Source of the DNA: Vicinamibacterales bacterium
GTDB lineage: Bacteria; Acidobacteriota; Vicinamibacteria; Vicinamibacterales; UBA2999
DNA: 64,000 nt
Assembly (NCBI GenBank): GCA_050250645.1
Contig: JBFWOG010000006.1
Span: forward strand, 34,387 to 98,386
Reading direction: 5' to 3'
This document shows, piece after piece, positions 41,318 to 53,047 of this stretch; position 1 is the stretch's first letter, and every line of letters starts with the position of its first letter. Below the pieces are notes generated by a model. That model saw only the letters and a list, made by a program, of their open reading frames with translations, was not told the DNA's origin and made no database searches. The position numbers and the translations under genes were made by a program.

Positions 41318-43830
41318 TGCCCGGTCGCGTACCACGTCTCGTGTTGGCCGCCGCGCTGGCCGCCATGCTCGCCGTCACCGTGACGGCCGCGGGCGGCGGC
41401 GGGCCCGCTTCGTCCGCGGTGCCCGCGCTCACGGCGGTCTCCTCGCGCGCCGACGGGGGCACCAGCACGGTGCTCATCGAGGCCACCGAGCCGGTCGCCT
41501 ACGTGACGAGCCAGCCCGACCCGCTGACGGTCCTCGTCGACCTCCGCAACGTGCGCGCGGCGGGCGTCGGCGGGGCGACGAGCGGCCTCGTCCCGCCGTT
41601 TGCCGCCGTGGCGCTCGAGGAGACGACCGCCGCCGACGGGGTCCCGGTGACCCGGGTGCGGGTGAGCCTCGCGCGGGCGGCCGAGCACCGGGTGCACAGC
41701 TCGCGCAACCTGATCTACGTGGACGTGGAGCGCGCGGAGGCCGCGCCGGCAGCGGCGCCTCGCGCGGCCGCCGCGTCGTCCGTGGCGCGCGCGGCGAGCG
41801 CACTCGAGTCGGTCGCCGTGAGCGAGGTCCCCGGGGGCAGCGCCCTCACGATTCGCGGCAACGGGCGGCTCGTCGCGCGGAGCGTCGAGGAGGCCCGCGA
41901 CCTGCCGCCCCGCGTGCTCCTCGACTTCGAGGACGTGGCGCGTGGTGAGGTGCCGGCCGTCACCCCGGTGGGCACCGCCGACATCAGGCAGGTGCGCGTC
42001 GGCACCAACCGCCTCTCCCCGCTGGTCACGCGCGTCGTCGTCGACCTCGCGCGCAGCCTGGCCTACAGGGTGGAGGAGGCGGGCGACGGCGTGCGCGTGC
42101 TCTTCACCCGGGCCACGGATGCCACGGATGCCGCGGCAGCCACAGAAGCCACAGATGGCACAGATGGCACAGATGGAACCGGAGGAACTCCAGGAACTCC
42201 AGGAACTCCAGGAACCCCAGGCCCCCCCGCGGCCGGGACCGACGGCATCATCCTGCGTGACGGCGTGGTGGCGGACCGGACGGCGGGGACGCCGGCCGGG
42301 GACGCCGCCGCCGTGGCGGCCGCGCCCACGCCCGAAGCCGCGGCGCTCCTGACCGGTCAGCTCTCGTCGGCGGGAGATATCCCTGGCGCCGCGCAGGCGT
42401 CCGGTGACAACCCGGGTTCCGCGCCGGCCATCCTGTCGCCCGCCGAGGTGGGCGCGCCGGCCGCGGCGGTCGCGCAGGCGGCGGGAAGCCCCGCGCCGGC
42501 CCAGGCGCCAGCCGCCCCCGCGTCGCCCGCATCGTCCGCCCCCCAGGAACCGGCGGCGGCGGAGGCCGCGCAGGCGGGGACGAGGTTCAGCGGCAGCCCG
42601 GTGACCCTCGACTTCCAGGGCGCCGACCTGCGCGCGGTGCTGCGCACCTTCGCCGAGATCAGCGGGCTGAACATCGTGATCGACCCGACGATCAACGGCT
42701 CGGTGGACGTCTCGCTGCGCGAGGTCCCGTGGGACCAGGCGCTCGACATCATCCTCAAGGCCAACAAGCTCGGGTACACGGTCGACGGCACGATCGTCCG
42801 GATTGCGCCCCTGCAGGTGCTGGCGCAGGAGGAAGAGGAGCGCCGGAAGCTCTCGGAGGCGCAGGCGCTCGCGGGGCAGCTCGAGGTGCTCGCGCGGCCG
42901 CTCAGTTACGCGCGCGCCCAGGAGCTGGTGCAGATCGTCACGCGGAGCGCGCTCTCGGAGCGGGGCGAGGTCCAGGTCGACACGCGGACGAACACGCTCA
43001 TCATCCGCGACCTGCCGGATCGCCTGTCGTCGGCCGAGCAGCTGATCGCCGCGCTCGACAAGCCGCAGCCGCAGGTGGAGATCGAGGCGCGCATCGTGCG
43101 CGTGCGCCACGAGAGCGCGCGGGAGCTCGGCATCCTCTGGGGCGTGCAGGGCCGCGTGTCGCCGGAACTCGGCAACACGACCGGCCTGGCGTTCCCCAAT
43201 ACCGGCAGCATCGAGGGCCGGGCCGGCGGCACGCAGGGCCCGGACAACGCCGGGACCGCGGTGAACCTCAAGACCCAGAACCCGCCCACCGGCGCGATCG
43301 GGCTGTCGCTCGGGTCGGTGAACGGGGCGTTCAACCTGGACGTGGCCCTGCAGGCGCTCGAGGACCAGGGCAAGCTCCGGTTGCTCTCGGCGCCGCGCGT
43401 GTCCACGCAGAACAACCTCGAGGCGGAGATCTACCAGGGCACGCAGATCCCGATCCAGACGGTCGCGAACAACACGGTCACGGTCACGTTCAAGGACGCG
43501 GCGCTCACGCTCCGCGTGACCCCGCAGATCACCGCGTCGCAGACGGTGATCATGCGCATCGTGCTGGAGAAGGCCCAGGCCGACTTCAGCCGCTCGGTCA
43601 ACGGCATCCCGCCGATCGACACGCAGCGCGCCAACACCAACGTGCTGCTCGCCGACGGGGAGACGACGGTCATCGGCGGCATCTTCGAGAGCCAGGAGAT
43701 CTCGGGCCAGAGCTCGGTCCCGTTCCTCTCGAAGATCCCGCTGCTCGGCTGGCTGTTCAAGAACAGCACCCAGAGCGACTTCCAGGACGAGCTGATGATC
43801 TTCATCACGCCGCGGATCATCAAGGGGTAA
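41314..43830 (+). CDS. pilQ: Type IV pilus secretin PilQ (AMIN domains + secretin core)
   Basis: Two AMIN-like N-terminal domains, a low-complexity linker, then VTLDFQGADLRAVLRTFAEISGLNIVIDP...LSAPRVSTQNNLEAEI...VPFLSKIPLLGWLFK...LMIFITPRII. Confidence 0.9.
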   Translation: MMPGRVPRLVLAAALAAMLAVTVTAAGGGGPASSAVPALTAVSSRADGGTSTVLIEATEPVAYVTSQPDPLTVLVDLRNVRAAGVGGATSGLVPPFAAVALEETTAADGVPVTRVRVSLARAAEHRVHSSRNLIYVDVERAEAAPAAAPRAAAASSVARAASALESVAVSEVPGGSALTIRGNGRLVARSVEEARDLPPRVLLDFEDVARGEVPAVTPVGTADIRQVRVGTNRLSPLVTRVVVDLARSLAYRVEEAGDGVRVLFTRATDATDAAAATEATDGTDGTDGTGGTPGTPGTPGTPGPPAAGTDGIILRDGVVADRTAGTPAGDAAAVAAAPTPEAAALLTGQLSSAGDIPGAAQASGDNPGSAPAILSPAEVGAPAAAVAQAAGSPAPAQAPAAPASPASSAPQEPAAAEAAQAGTRFSGSPVTLDFQGADLRAVLRTFAEISGLNIVIDPTINGSVDVSLREVPWDQALDIILKANKLGYTVDGTIVRIAPLQVLAQEEEERRKLSEAQALAGQLEVLARPLSYARAQELVQIVTRSALSERGEVQVDTRTNTLIIRDLPDRLSSAEQLIAALDKPQPQVEIEARIVRVRHESARELGILWGVQGRVSPELGNTTGLAFPNTGSIEGRAGGTQGPDNAGTAVNLKTQNPPTGAIGLSLGSVNGAFNLDVALQALEDQGKLRLLSAPRVSTQNNLEAEIYQGTQIPIQTVANNTVTVTFKDAALTLRVTPQITASQTVIMRIVLEKAQADFSRSVNGIPPIDTQRANTNVLLADGETTVIGGIFESQEISGQSSVPFLSKIPLLGWLFKNSTQSDFQDELMIFITPRIIKG
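42112..42219 (+). repeat. In-frame tandem 9-bp repeats (12 units) inside pilQ, encoding ATD ATD AAA ATE ATD GTD GTD GTG GTP GTP GTP GTP
   Basis: Read directly: GCCACGGAT x2 ... GGCACAGAT x2 ... GGAACTCCA x3. Confidence 0.9.
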
Positions 43831-43891
43831 TGGGATGGCCTGCCCGGTCGTGAAGGAGTCGTCGGTACGCTCCACCAGAGGAGAAGCAGTC

Positions 43892-44539
43892 GTGACGCGC
43901 GAAATCATCCGTCGAACGATTGGCGCCTGCGCGCTGGCCGCCGGGCTGCTCGGCGCCGTGTCGTGCGGCGACGTGGCCCGGCAGGGCCGGTCGCCGGGCT
44001 TCCTGATCATCGATTCGCTCACCGCGGCGTCGGGGGCCTCGCCGAACGAGTTCGGCAACGTCCTCTACTCCGACGTCCAGACGCTCGTCGACCAGCAGGT
44101 GAACGGGGAGACGGTCCGGGTGCCGACGGTCTACTCCGACCTCGGGCGGGTCAGCCTGCGCCTCGGGCTGAAGAACCCGGGGACGACGGTGAACCCGACG
44201 CAGCCGACGACCATCAACGAGATCACGATCACGCGGTACCACGTGGCGTTCGAGCGGGCCGACGGGCGGAACACGCCCGGCATCGACCTGCCCTATGGCT
44301 TCGATGGCGGCGCCACCGTGACGGTGGGCGCGGCCTCGTCGGTCAGCATGGGGTTCGACCTCGTCCGGCACCAGATGAAAGAGGAGCCTCCCCTCCGGAA
44401 TCTCATCAACAGCGGCGGCGCCAACCTGATCAGCACGATCGCGACGATCACGTTCTACGGGCGGGATCAGGCCGGCAACGACGTCGAAGCGTCCGGCAAG
44501 ATGACGGTCAACTTCGGCGACTTCGGGGATCCGCAGTAG
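43892..44539 (+). CDS. Hypothetical lipoprotein downstream of pilQ
   Basis: The GTG at 43892 follows GGAGAAG. It has the lipobox-like signal ALAAGLLGAVSCG. No family recognised. Confidence 0.55.
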   Translation: MTREIIRRTIGACALAAGLLGAVSCGDVARQGRSPGFLIIDSLTAASGASPNEFGNVLYSDVQTLVDQQVNGETVRVPTVYSDLGRVSLRLGLKNPGTTVNPTQPTTINEITITRYHVAFERADGRNTPGIDLPYGFDGGATVTVGAASSVSMGFDLVRHQMKEEPPLRNLINSGGANLISTIATITFYGRDQAGNDVEASGKMTVNFGDFGDPQ

Positions 44540-44552
44540 GCGCGGGACCGCC

Positions 44553-45875
44553 GTGAACAGGTTCATCGGGAGCTCGCGTATGCGACAGACACTTGCAGCC
44601 GCCCTCGTCGGCCTCGCGGTGACCGCCCTCGGCGGTTGCACCGTGCAGAAGTCCGACGCCCCCCCGCTGGCGGGACCGTCCGAGTTCGCCCTGGCGCTCG
44701 GCATCCAGGCCACGCCCGACCAGCTGACCCAGGATGGCCTGTCGCAGGCCGCCATCGTGATCGACGCGCGGGGCCCGGACGGGCGGCCGGTCCGCGCGCT
44801 GGCCGTGCGGGTCGAGATCATCGCGCCCGATCCGGCCACGGGAAACCCGGTCGTCTTCGACTTCGGCCGCCTTGGCAGCAAGACGCTCGTGACCGGCGAC
44901 GACGGCCAGGCCCGCACGACGTACACGGCGCCGCCACGGCCGGCAGCGACCGCCGATGGCACGGGGACCACCGTCACGATCCGCGCGGTCCCGATCGGGA
45001 ACGACTATCGCGGCGAGGTCGCGCGGACCGTCGACCTCCGTCTGGTGCCGCCCGGCGTGATCACCGCGCCCAACAGCCCGCCGGAGCCCCAGTTCCAGGT
45101 GTCGCCCATCCCGGTCAACGTGTTCCAGCCCGTGACCTTCGATGCCAGCTACACGCTCGACGAGGGCGTCCCGTGCGGCGCGAACTGCACGTACGAGTGG
45201 AGCTTCGGCGACGGCACGTTCGGCACCGGCATGCGCGTCCTCCACGAGTATCGGGTCGCCGGCACCTACCGCGTGCTGCTGACCGCGACCGACGCGTCCG
45301 GGCAGTCGGCCACGCTCGAGAAGACCGCGACCATCAACCAGACGCTCGCCCCGACCGCGTCGTTCGTCTTCTCGCCGGCGTCGCCGGCCGTGAGCCAGGA
45401 CATCTTCTTCTCCGCCGAGGCCTCGCGGCCGTCGGAGGGGCGGCGGATCATCTTCTACGACTGGAACTTCGGCAGCGGCAGGACCGGGGCCGGCGTGACG
45501 GTGTCCAAGCGGTACGACACGCCGGGCACCTACATCGTGACCCTGACCGTCACCGACGACGCGAACCAGGTGGGCACCATCTCGCAGGCCGTCGTCGTCG
45601 GCGGGCAGGGGACCGGCATCACGCCGGCGCTCACGTTCTCGCCGACGAACCCGACGGTCGGCCGCACCATCGTGTTCGACGCCAGCGCCTCGCGCGGGCC
45701 GTCGTCCATCGTGGAGTACCGCTTCAGCTACGGCGACACGACGGCTGACACGGTCGGCAGCTCGCCGATCGCGCAGCACGCCTTCGGCGCGGCCGGCACC
45801 TACGTCGTGCGCGTCACGATGCGCGACGCGGCGGGGCGCACCGCCACCACGACCGTCACCGTGACGGTGTCGTAG
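44553..45875 (+). CDS. Lipoprotein with three PKD-like domains
   Basis: Signal LVGLAVTALGGCT. Three repeats of the type F.FSP..P.V...I.FDAS.S......Y.W.FGDG....G....H.Y...GTY.V.LTVTD..G. Confidence 0.7.
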   Translation: MNRFIGSSRMRQTLAAALVGLAVTALGGCTVQKSDAPPLAGPSEFALALGIQATPDQLTQDGLSQAAIVIDARGPDGRPVRALAVRVEIIAPDPATGNPVVFDFGRLGSKTLVTGDDGQARTTYTAPPRPAATADGTGTTVTIRAVPIGNDYRGEVARTVDLRLVPPGVITAPNSPPEPQFQVSPIPVNVFQPVTFDASYTLDEGVPCGANCTYEWSFGDGTFGTGMRVLHEYRVAGTYRVLLTATDASGQSATLEKTATINQTLAPTASFVFSPASPAVSQDIFFSAEASRPSEGRRIIFYDWNFGSGRTGAGVTVSKRYDTPGTYIVTLTVTDDANQVGTISQAVVVGGQGTGITPALTFSPTNPTVGRTIVFDASASRGPSSIVEYRFSYGDTTADTVGSSPIAQHAFGAAGTYVVRVTMRDAAGRTATTTVTVTVS

Positions 45876-45884
45876 ACTGGGCCC

Positions 45885-46739
45885 GTGCCCTTCGACAGCC
45901 CGCGCATCGCGGAGCTCAGGCGCCGGGTCCTCGCGGACCCGGCGTCGATCGCCTTCGCCCAGCTCGCCGAGGAATACCGGCGCGCCGGCGAGTTCCACGA
46001 GGCCGTCCGGGTCTGCCGCGTGGGGCTGGCTCGCCACCCGTCCTACCTCTCGGCCCGCGTGACGCTCGGGCGCGCCCTGATCGCCCTGGGGCAGCTCGAC
46101 GAGGCGGAGGCCGAGCTCGACATCGTGCTGCGGGCCGCGCCCGACAACCTGGCGGCCATCCGCGGCCGCGCCGAGATTCACCAGGGCCGCGGCCAGCTGG
46201 AGCCGGCGCTCGACTTCTACAAGCGCGCCCTCGACCTCGCCCAGACCGACCCCGCGCTCGAACGGACCGTCAAGGCGATCGGCCTGGAACTCGAGCAGGC
46301 GACCGCGCCGGCTCCGGAGCCGGAGCCACCACCCGCCGTGCCCGCCGGGTCGCAGCCGGCCGAGCCCGCGCCCCCGCCGCCGTTCGACTTCGACGACCTG
46401 TTCGCCGCCCTCGGTGGGGACGCCACGGCCGGTGAGCCGGAGGCCGATCCGCGGCCCGTGGGACGGACATCCCCGGCCGCGGGACGGATCGACCCCGATC
46501 TCGACCGGCTGGCGGAGGAGGCCGACGCGGGCGATGCGCTCGCCGGCCTCGAACTCCAGCTCCGGGCCACCGAGACCCGCCCGGCGGCGTGGGCCGCCGA
46601 CGGTGACCCCATGGAGGCCGATCGGTCGCCGTCCGGGCACCACGAGACGCCGGCCGTGCCGGACCCGGACGACGAGGTGCTCCGGCAGCTCGAAGGCTGG
46701 CTCGCCGCGATCCGGGCCGGGCGCCGCCAGGCCCCCTGA
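45885..46739 (+). CDS. TPR-repeat protein with an acidic, disordered C-terminal half
   Basis: TPR-like helices (AEEYRRAGEFHEAVRVCRVGLARHPSYLSARVTLGRALIALGQLDEAEAEL...) and no signal peptide. Its stop overlaps the next ATG (TGATG). Confidence 0.7.
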   Translation: MPFDSPRIAELRRRVLADPASIAFAQLAEEYRRAGEFHEAVRVCRVGLARHPSYLSARVTLGRALIALGQLDEAEAELDIVLRAAPDNLAAIRGRAEIHQGRGQLEPALDFYKRALDLAQTDPALERTVKAIGLELEQATAPAPEPEPPPAVPAGSQPAEPAPPPPFDFDDLFAALGGDATAGEPEADPRPVGRTSPAAGRIDPDLDRLAEEADAGDALAGLELQLRATETRPAAWAADGDPMEADRSPSGHHETPAVPDPDDEVLRQLEGWLAAIRAGRRQAP

Positions 46740-47854
46740 TGGACGTTCCTCCTTCGCACCTGCTGGCTGCCCGCCTCGCCGCCCTGCGGGCCGCCCTCGC
46801 CGAGCGGCGCCTCGACGGCCTGCTCGTCGAGAGCCTGCCGTCGATCGCCTACCTCACGGGGTTCCGGGGCTCGGCGGGCCTGCTGCTGGTGACCGACCGC
46901 GTCCGCCTGGTCGTGGATGGCCGCTACGTGACGGTCGCGACCGCGCTGGCGGAGGGGACCGGCCTGTTCGAACTCGTGGCCCTCGAGTCGGGCGAGAGCT
47001 ATGACGAGGTGCTGGCCGGGCTGCTCGCGGGGGCCGGGGCCGTCCGGCTGGGCATCGAGGACGAGGTGATGTCCGTCCGGCGGCACCGGGGACTTCTGGA
47101 GCGGGCCTCGCGGGAGGCGGCGTTCCCGGAGCTGGTCGCCACGGACGGGCTTGTCGATCGGTTGCGGGTCGTGAAGGACTCCTGGGAGCTGTCGCGGCTC
47201 CGGGAGGGGGGGCGCAGACTTTCGGAGGTCGCTAAGTGTATACTGCCGAGAGTCTTAGCGGGCCGACTGGAGCGTGAGGTCGCGGCGGACATCGAGGACG
47301 AGCTCAGACGGGCCGGCTTCGAGCGGCCCGCCTTTGATACCATCGTCGCCGGCGGACCGAACGCCGCCCTGCCGCACCACAGGGCGGGGGAGCGCCGGAT
47401 TGCCCCGGGCGACCTGGTCATCCTGGACTTCGGCGGGGTGTTCCAGGGCTACTGCACGGACCTGAGCCGGACGGTCATCGTGCCGCCGGCCAGCCCCGAG
47501 GCCTCGGCCCTGGTCAGCCATGTGGCGGAGGCCCAGCGGGCGGCGATTCGAGCCGCGGGGCCTGGCGTCGCACCCGAGGCCGTGGATCAGGCGGCCCGGG
47601 ACGTCCTGGAGCGGGCGGGCGTCGGCGACCGCTTCACGCACGGCACGGGCCACGGGCTCGGGCTGGAAGTACACGAGCGGCCGCGGATTTCGCGGGCGCG
47701 CCCCGGCCATGCCGAGCCCCGGCTGGAAGCGGGAATGGTCTTCACCGTCGAGCCCGGCGCCTACGTGCCGGGCTGGGGTGGAGTGAGAATCGAGGACGAT
47801 GTGCTGGTGACCGCCGAGGGCCGCGAGGTCCTGACGGGCGACGGCACAGAATGA
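46739..47854 (+). CDS. M24-family Xaa-Pro aminopeptidase/dipeptidase
   Basis: GDLVILDFGGVFQGYCTDLSRT...HGTGHGLGLEVHERP...GMVFTVEPGAY...GGVRIEDDVLVT. Confidence 0.85.
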   Translation: MDVPPSHLLAARLAALRAALAERRLDGLLVESLPSIAYLTGFRGSAGLLLVTDRVRLVVDGRYVTVATALAEGTGLFELVALESGESYDEVLAGLLAGAGAVRLGIEDEVMSVRRHRGLLERASREAAFPELVATDGLVDRLRVVKDSWELSRLREGGRRLSEVAKCILPRVLAGRLEREVAADIEDELRRAGFERPAFDTIVAGGPNAALPHHRAGERRIAPGDLVILDFGGVFQGYCTDLSRTVIVPPASPEASALVSHVAEAQRAAIRAAGPGVAPEAVDQAARDVLERAGVGDRFTHGTGHGLGLEVHERPRISRARPGHAEPRLEAGMVFTVEPGAYVPGWGGVRIEDDVLVTAEGREVLTGDGTE

Positions 47855-47861
47855 GCCACGC

Positions 47862-48341
<480 letters not shown>

Positions 48342-48404
48342 CGCCGCCGGCCGGCGCGCCGCCGGCCTCACCATTCGAGTCGGGGAGCCTCCGAACAGAC
48401 GCCT

Positions 48405-49775
<1,371 letters not shown>

Positions 49776-49824
49776 GACGACCGGGGGGCTCCACGGGAGT
49801 GCTCCCTGACGGTGCTCCACGATC

Positions 49825-50475
49825 GTGCCTGTCCTGCCTCCGCTCTATCCGATCGTCGACGTCGGGCTCTGTGATGCGTCGGGCCGCGACCCGGTGGCGT
49901 ACGCCCGGGCGCTCATGGATGGCGGCGCGCGGCTGTTACAGGTGCGCGCCAAGGCGCTCGGCGGCCGCGCGTTCCTCGACCTGCTGCAGGAGGTGGGCAC
50001 GCTGGCTGAGGCGACGGGCGCGCGGATCGTCGTGAACGATCGCGCGGACCTCGCGGCGCTGGTCTCGGCGGCCGGTGTGCACGTCGGCCAGGACGACCTG
50101 GCGCCGGCGGCCGTCAGGCGGGTGGCTGGCGAGGGGGTGGTCGTCGGGCTGTCGACCCACACCGAGGCGCAGGCTGCGGCGGCGCTGGCGGCGCCGATCG
50201 ACTACCTGGCCATCGGCCCCGTCTACGGCACGCGGACCAAGGACACCGGCTACGACGCCGTCGGCCTGGACATGGTCGCCCGCGTGTCAGCCCTGGCCGG
50301 CCCGCGTGGGCTGCCCGTGGTGGCCATCGGGGGGATCACCCTCGACAGGGCGGCCGCTGTCTGGGCGGCCGGCGCCGACTCGGTCGCGGTCATCGGCGAC
50401 CTCATGACGGCGGACCCCGCGGCCCGGGTGGCCGAATGGCTCGCGGCCGCCGCCCGGCGGCCGAGCCGGGCCTGA
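49825..50475 (+). CDS. thiE: Thiamine-phosphate synthase
   Basis: LYPIVD...LLQVRAK...IVVNDRADLA...GVHVGQDDL...YLAIGPVYGTRTK...VVAIGGI. Confidence 0.85.
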   Translation: MPVLPPLYPIVDVGLCDASGRDPVAYARALMDGGARLLQVRAKALGGRAFLDLLQEVGTLAEATGARIVVNDRADLAALVSAAGVHVGQDDLAPAAVRRVAGEGVVVGLSTHTEAQAAAALAAPIDYLAIGPVYGTRTKDTGYDAVGLDMVARVSALAGPRGLPVVAIGGITLDRAAAVWAAGADSVAVIGDLMTADPAARVAEWLAAAARRPSRA

Positions 50476-50628
50476 CCCCACGGCTGAGCTCGTTGGACGG
50501 GCGGGGGCCGTGGTGTTAACATCCGCGCGATTCCCCTTCGTATTGGCTGGCGGTTGCGCTGCGGGGCGCGGCGTCACGCCGCCGCGCGATCGCGCGGCTC
50601 GTACAACGATCGGTTGAGGGAGGCGCCC

Positions 50629-53028
50629 TTGACGAAGGCAGTGACCCTGGCGTTCGCGCTGCTGCTGATCCCCGGCGTGGGATGGGCGGGGCAGGCGGCC
50701 GGCCAGGCGGGCGCGGCGGGCCGGGTGCTGGTCGACCAGTACTGCGCCGGCTGCCACAACGACCGCACGAAGGCCGGCGGATTCAGCTGGACCTCGATCG
50801 ATCTCGATGACCCCGCGGCGAATGCCGGGCAGGCGGAGGAGGTCATCCGGCGGCTGCGGGCCGGGCTGATGCCGCCCGCCGGCGCGAGGCGCCCGGAGCC
50901 GGCGGCCTCGCACGCGTTCGTCGAGTCCCTCCAGGCCGCCATCGACGCGGCGGCCGCCCGCGCGCCCCATGCGGGCGCCCCCGAGCTCCACCGCCTCAAC
51001 CGCACCGAGTACCGCAACTCGATCCGCGACCTCTTCGACCTCGACGTCGACGTGACGACGATGCTGCCGCCCGACGAGATGGGCCGCGGCTTCGACAACA
51101 TGGCCGACGCGCTGGCGGTGACGCCGGCGCTCGTGCAGGGCTACGTGCGGGCGGCGGGCAAGATCAGCCGGCTGGCCGTCGGCGACCCCGCGGTGACGCC
51201 GGCCATGACGATGTACAAGGTGCCGAAGGTCGTCAACCAGATGCGCCACGTCGAGGGCGCGCCCTGGGGCACCCGCGGCGGCACGGCCGTCGTGCACAAC
51301 TTCCTGGCCGACGGCGACTACACGTTCCGCCTCGCGCTCTACTACGACTACCTCGAGTCCCTCTACGGCCAGAACCTGCCGCCCAACCTGCAGGGACAGC
51401 AGCTCGAGGTGTCGGTCGACGGCGTGCGCGCGGCGCTCTTCACCATCGACCCGAGCGTGCCCGAGACGAAGAACCTGCTCGTCACGCCGAAGGTCCGCAT
51501 CACCGCGGGGCCGCACCGCATCGCGGCCGCCTTCCTCGCGAAGTTCGACGGCCCGACCGAGGACACCTTCCGCCAGGTGGAGCAGTCGATGGTGGACATC
51601 AGCGCGGGCGTGCCTGGCGTGATCGCGCTGCCGCACCTGCTGTCGATGACCGTCGCCGGCCCCTTCGAGGTGACCGGCGTGTCCGACACGCCGAGCCGCG
51701 CGCGGATCTTCTCGTGCATGCCGTCCTCGCCGGACGAGGAGCCCGCGTGCGCGATGCAGATCATCCGGGCGGTGGCGCGCCGGGCGTTCCGGCGGCCCGT
51801 GACCGACGTCGACACGGAGTTCCTCTACGGGTACTTCGACCAGGGCCGGCGCGAGGGCGGGTTCGAGCGGGGCATCCAGATGGCGGTCCAGGCGATCATC
51901 GCGAGCCCGAAGTTCGTGTTCCGCTTCGAGCGGACGCCCGACGGCGTGCGCCCGGGCCAGACGTACCGGCTGGCCGACCTGGAGCTGGCGGCGCGCCTCT
52001 CGTTCTTCCTGTGGAGCAGCGCCCCGGACGAGGAACTGCTCGTGGCGGCATCGGCGGGCCGCCTGAAGGATCCGGCGGTGCTCGAGGCGCAGGTGCGGCG
52101 CATGCTGGCCGACCCCCGGGCGAACGCGCTGGCGGACAGCTTCGCCTACCAGTGGCTGCGCCTGCAGACCGTGAAGGAGGCGGACCCCGACAGCGGCCTG
52201 TTCCCGAACTTCACGCGCAACCTCGGCGAGTCGATGACCCGGGAGACGAAGCTCCTCTTCGAGGCGATAATGCGGGAGGACCGGCCGATCCTCGAGCTGC
52301 TGACCGCCGACTACACCTACGTGGACGAAGTGCTGGCAAAGCACTACGGGATCCCGAACGTCCAGGGCGCGACGTTCCGCCGGGTGCCGGTGACCGACCC
52401 GAACCGGTTCGGGCTGCTCGGCCACAGCAGCGTGCTGACCCTGACCTCGCTCGCCAACCGGACGTCGCCGGTCGTGCGCGGGAAGTACGTGCTCGAGGTG
52501 CTGCTCGGCGTCTCGCCGCCGCCGCCCCCGCCGAACGTGCCGCCGCTCAAGGAGAACGTGGAGAACGAGAAGGCGCAGCCGGTGCGCGAGCGGCTCGCCG
52601 CGCACCGCGCGAACCCCGCGTGCGCCGCGTGTCACAACATGATGGACCCCATCGGCCTGGCGCTCGAGAACTTCGACGCGACGGGCCTGTGGCGGTCGCA
52701 CGACAGCGGGCAGCCCGTCGACGCGTCGGGCCGGCTCTACGACGGCACGCCGCTCGACGGCCCCGTCAGCCTGCGCAACGCCGTGCTGGCCCACGAGGAC
52801 GCGTTCATCGCCAGCTTCGCCGAGAACCTGATGGCCTACGGCCTCGGGCGGATCGTGGACTACCGCGACATGCCGGCGGTGCGCGGCGTGGTGCGGGCGG
52901 CGGCGGCGGCGGACTACCGGTTCTCGGCCTTCGTGCTGGGCATCGTGCGCAGCGTGCCGTTCCAGATGCGGGAGGCCGACCGGACGGCGACCTCCGCCGA
53001 GGCCGGGCCGGGCGGGGCCCGGCAGTAA
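50629..53028 (+). CDS. DUF1587/DUF1592/DUF1595/DUF1588/DUF1585-type secreted multidomain protein with CxxCH motifs
   Basis: CAGCHND near the N-terminus; LLGHSSVLTLTSLANRTSPVVRGKYVLEVLLG..PPPPPPNVPPL; CAACHNMMDPIGLALENFDATGLWR. A TTG at 50629 follows GAGGGAGG (the track ORF opens at 50554). Confidence 0.75.
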   Translation: MTKAVTLAFALLLIPGVGWAGQAAGQAGAAGRVLVDQYCAGCHNDRTKAGGFSWTSIDLDDPAANAGQAEEVIRRLRAGLMPPAGARRPEPAASHAFVESLQAAIDAAAARAPHAGAPELHRLNRTEYRNSIRDLFDLDVDVTTMLPPDEMGRGFDNMADALAVTPALVQGYVRAAGKISRLAVGDPAVTPAMTMYKVPKVVNQMRHVEGAPWGTRGGTAVVHNFLADGDYTFRLALYYDYLESLYGQNLPPNLQGQQLEVSVDGVRAALFTIDPSVPETKNLLVTPKVRITAGPHRIAAAFLAKFDGPTEDTFRQVEQSMVDISAGVPGVIALPHLLSMTVAGPFEVTGVSDTPSRARIFSCMPSSPDEEPACAMQIIRAVARRAFRRPVTDVDTEFLYGYFDQGRREGGFERGIQMAVQAIIASPKFVFRFERTPDGVRPGQTYRLADLELAARLSFFLWSSAPDEELLVAASAGRLKDPAVLEAQVRRMLADPRANALADSFAYQWLRLQTVKEADPDSGLFPNFTRNLGESMTRETKLLFEAIMREDRPILELLTADYTYVDEVLAKHYGIPNVQGATFRRVPVTDPNRFGLLGHSSVLTLTSLANRTSPVVRGKYVLEVLLGVSPPPPPPNVPPLKENVENEKAQPVRERLAAHRANPACAACHNMMDPIGLALENFDATGLWRSHDSGQPVDASGRLYDGTPLDGPVSLRNAVLAHEDAFIASFAENLMAYGLGRIVDYRDMPAVRGVVRAAAAADYRFSAFVLGIVRSVPFQMREADRTATSAEAGPGGARQ

Positions 53029-53047
53029 GCGACCAGGAGCAGCGGAC

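Noticed and set aside
49776-49824. A TPP riboswitch ahead of thiE.
   Set aside because: The spacer is only 49 bp and lacks the CUGAGA / ACCUGA TPP-box elements. thiE seems to follow accC directly.
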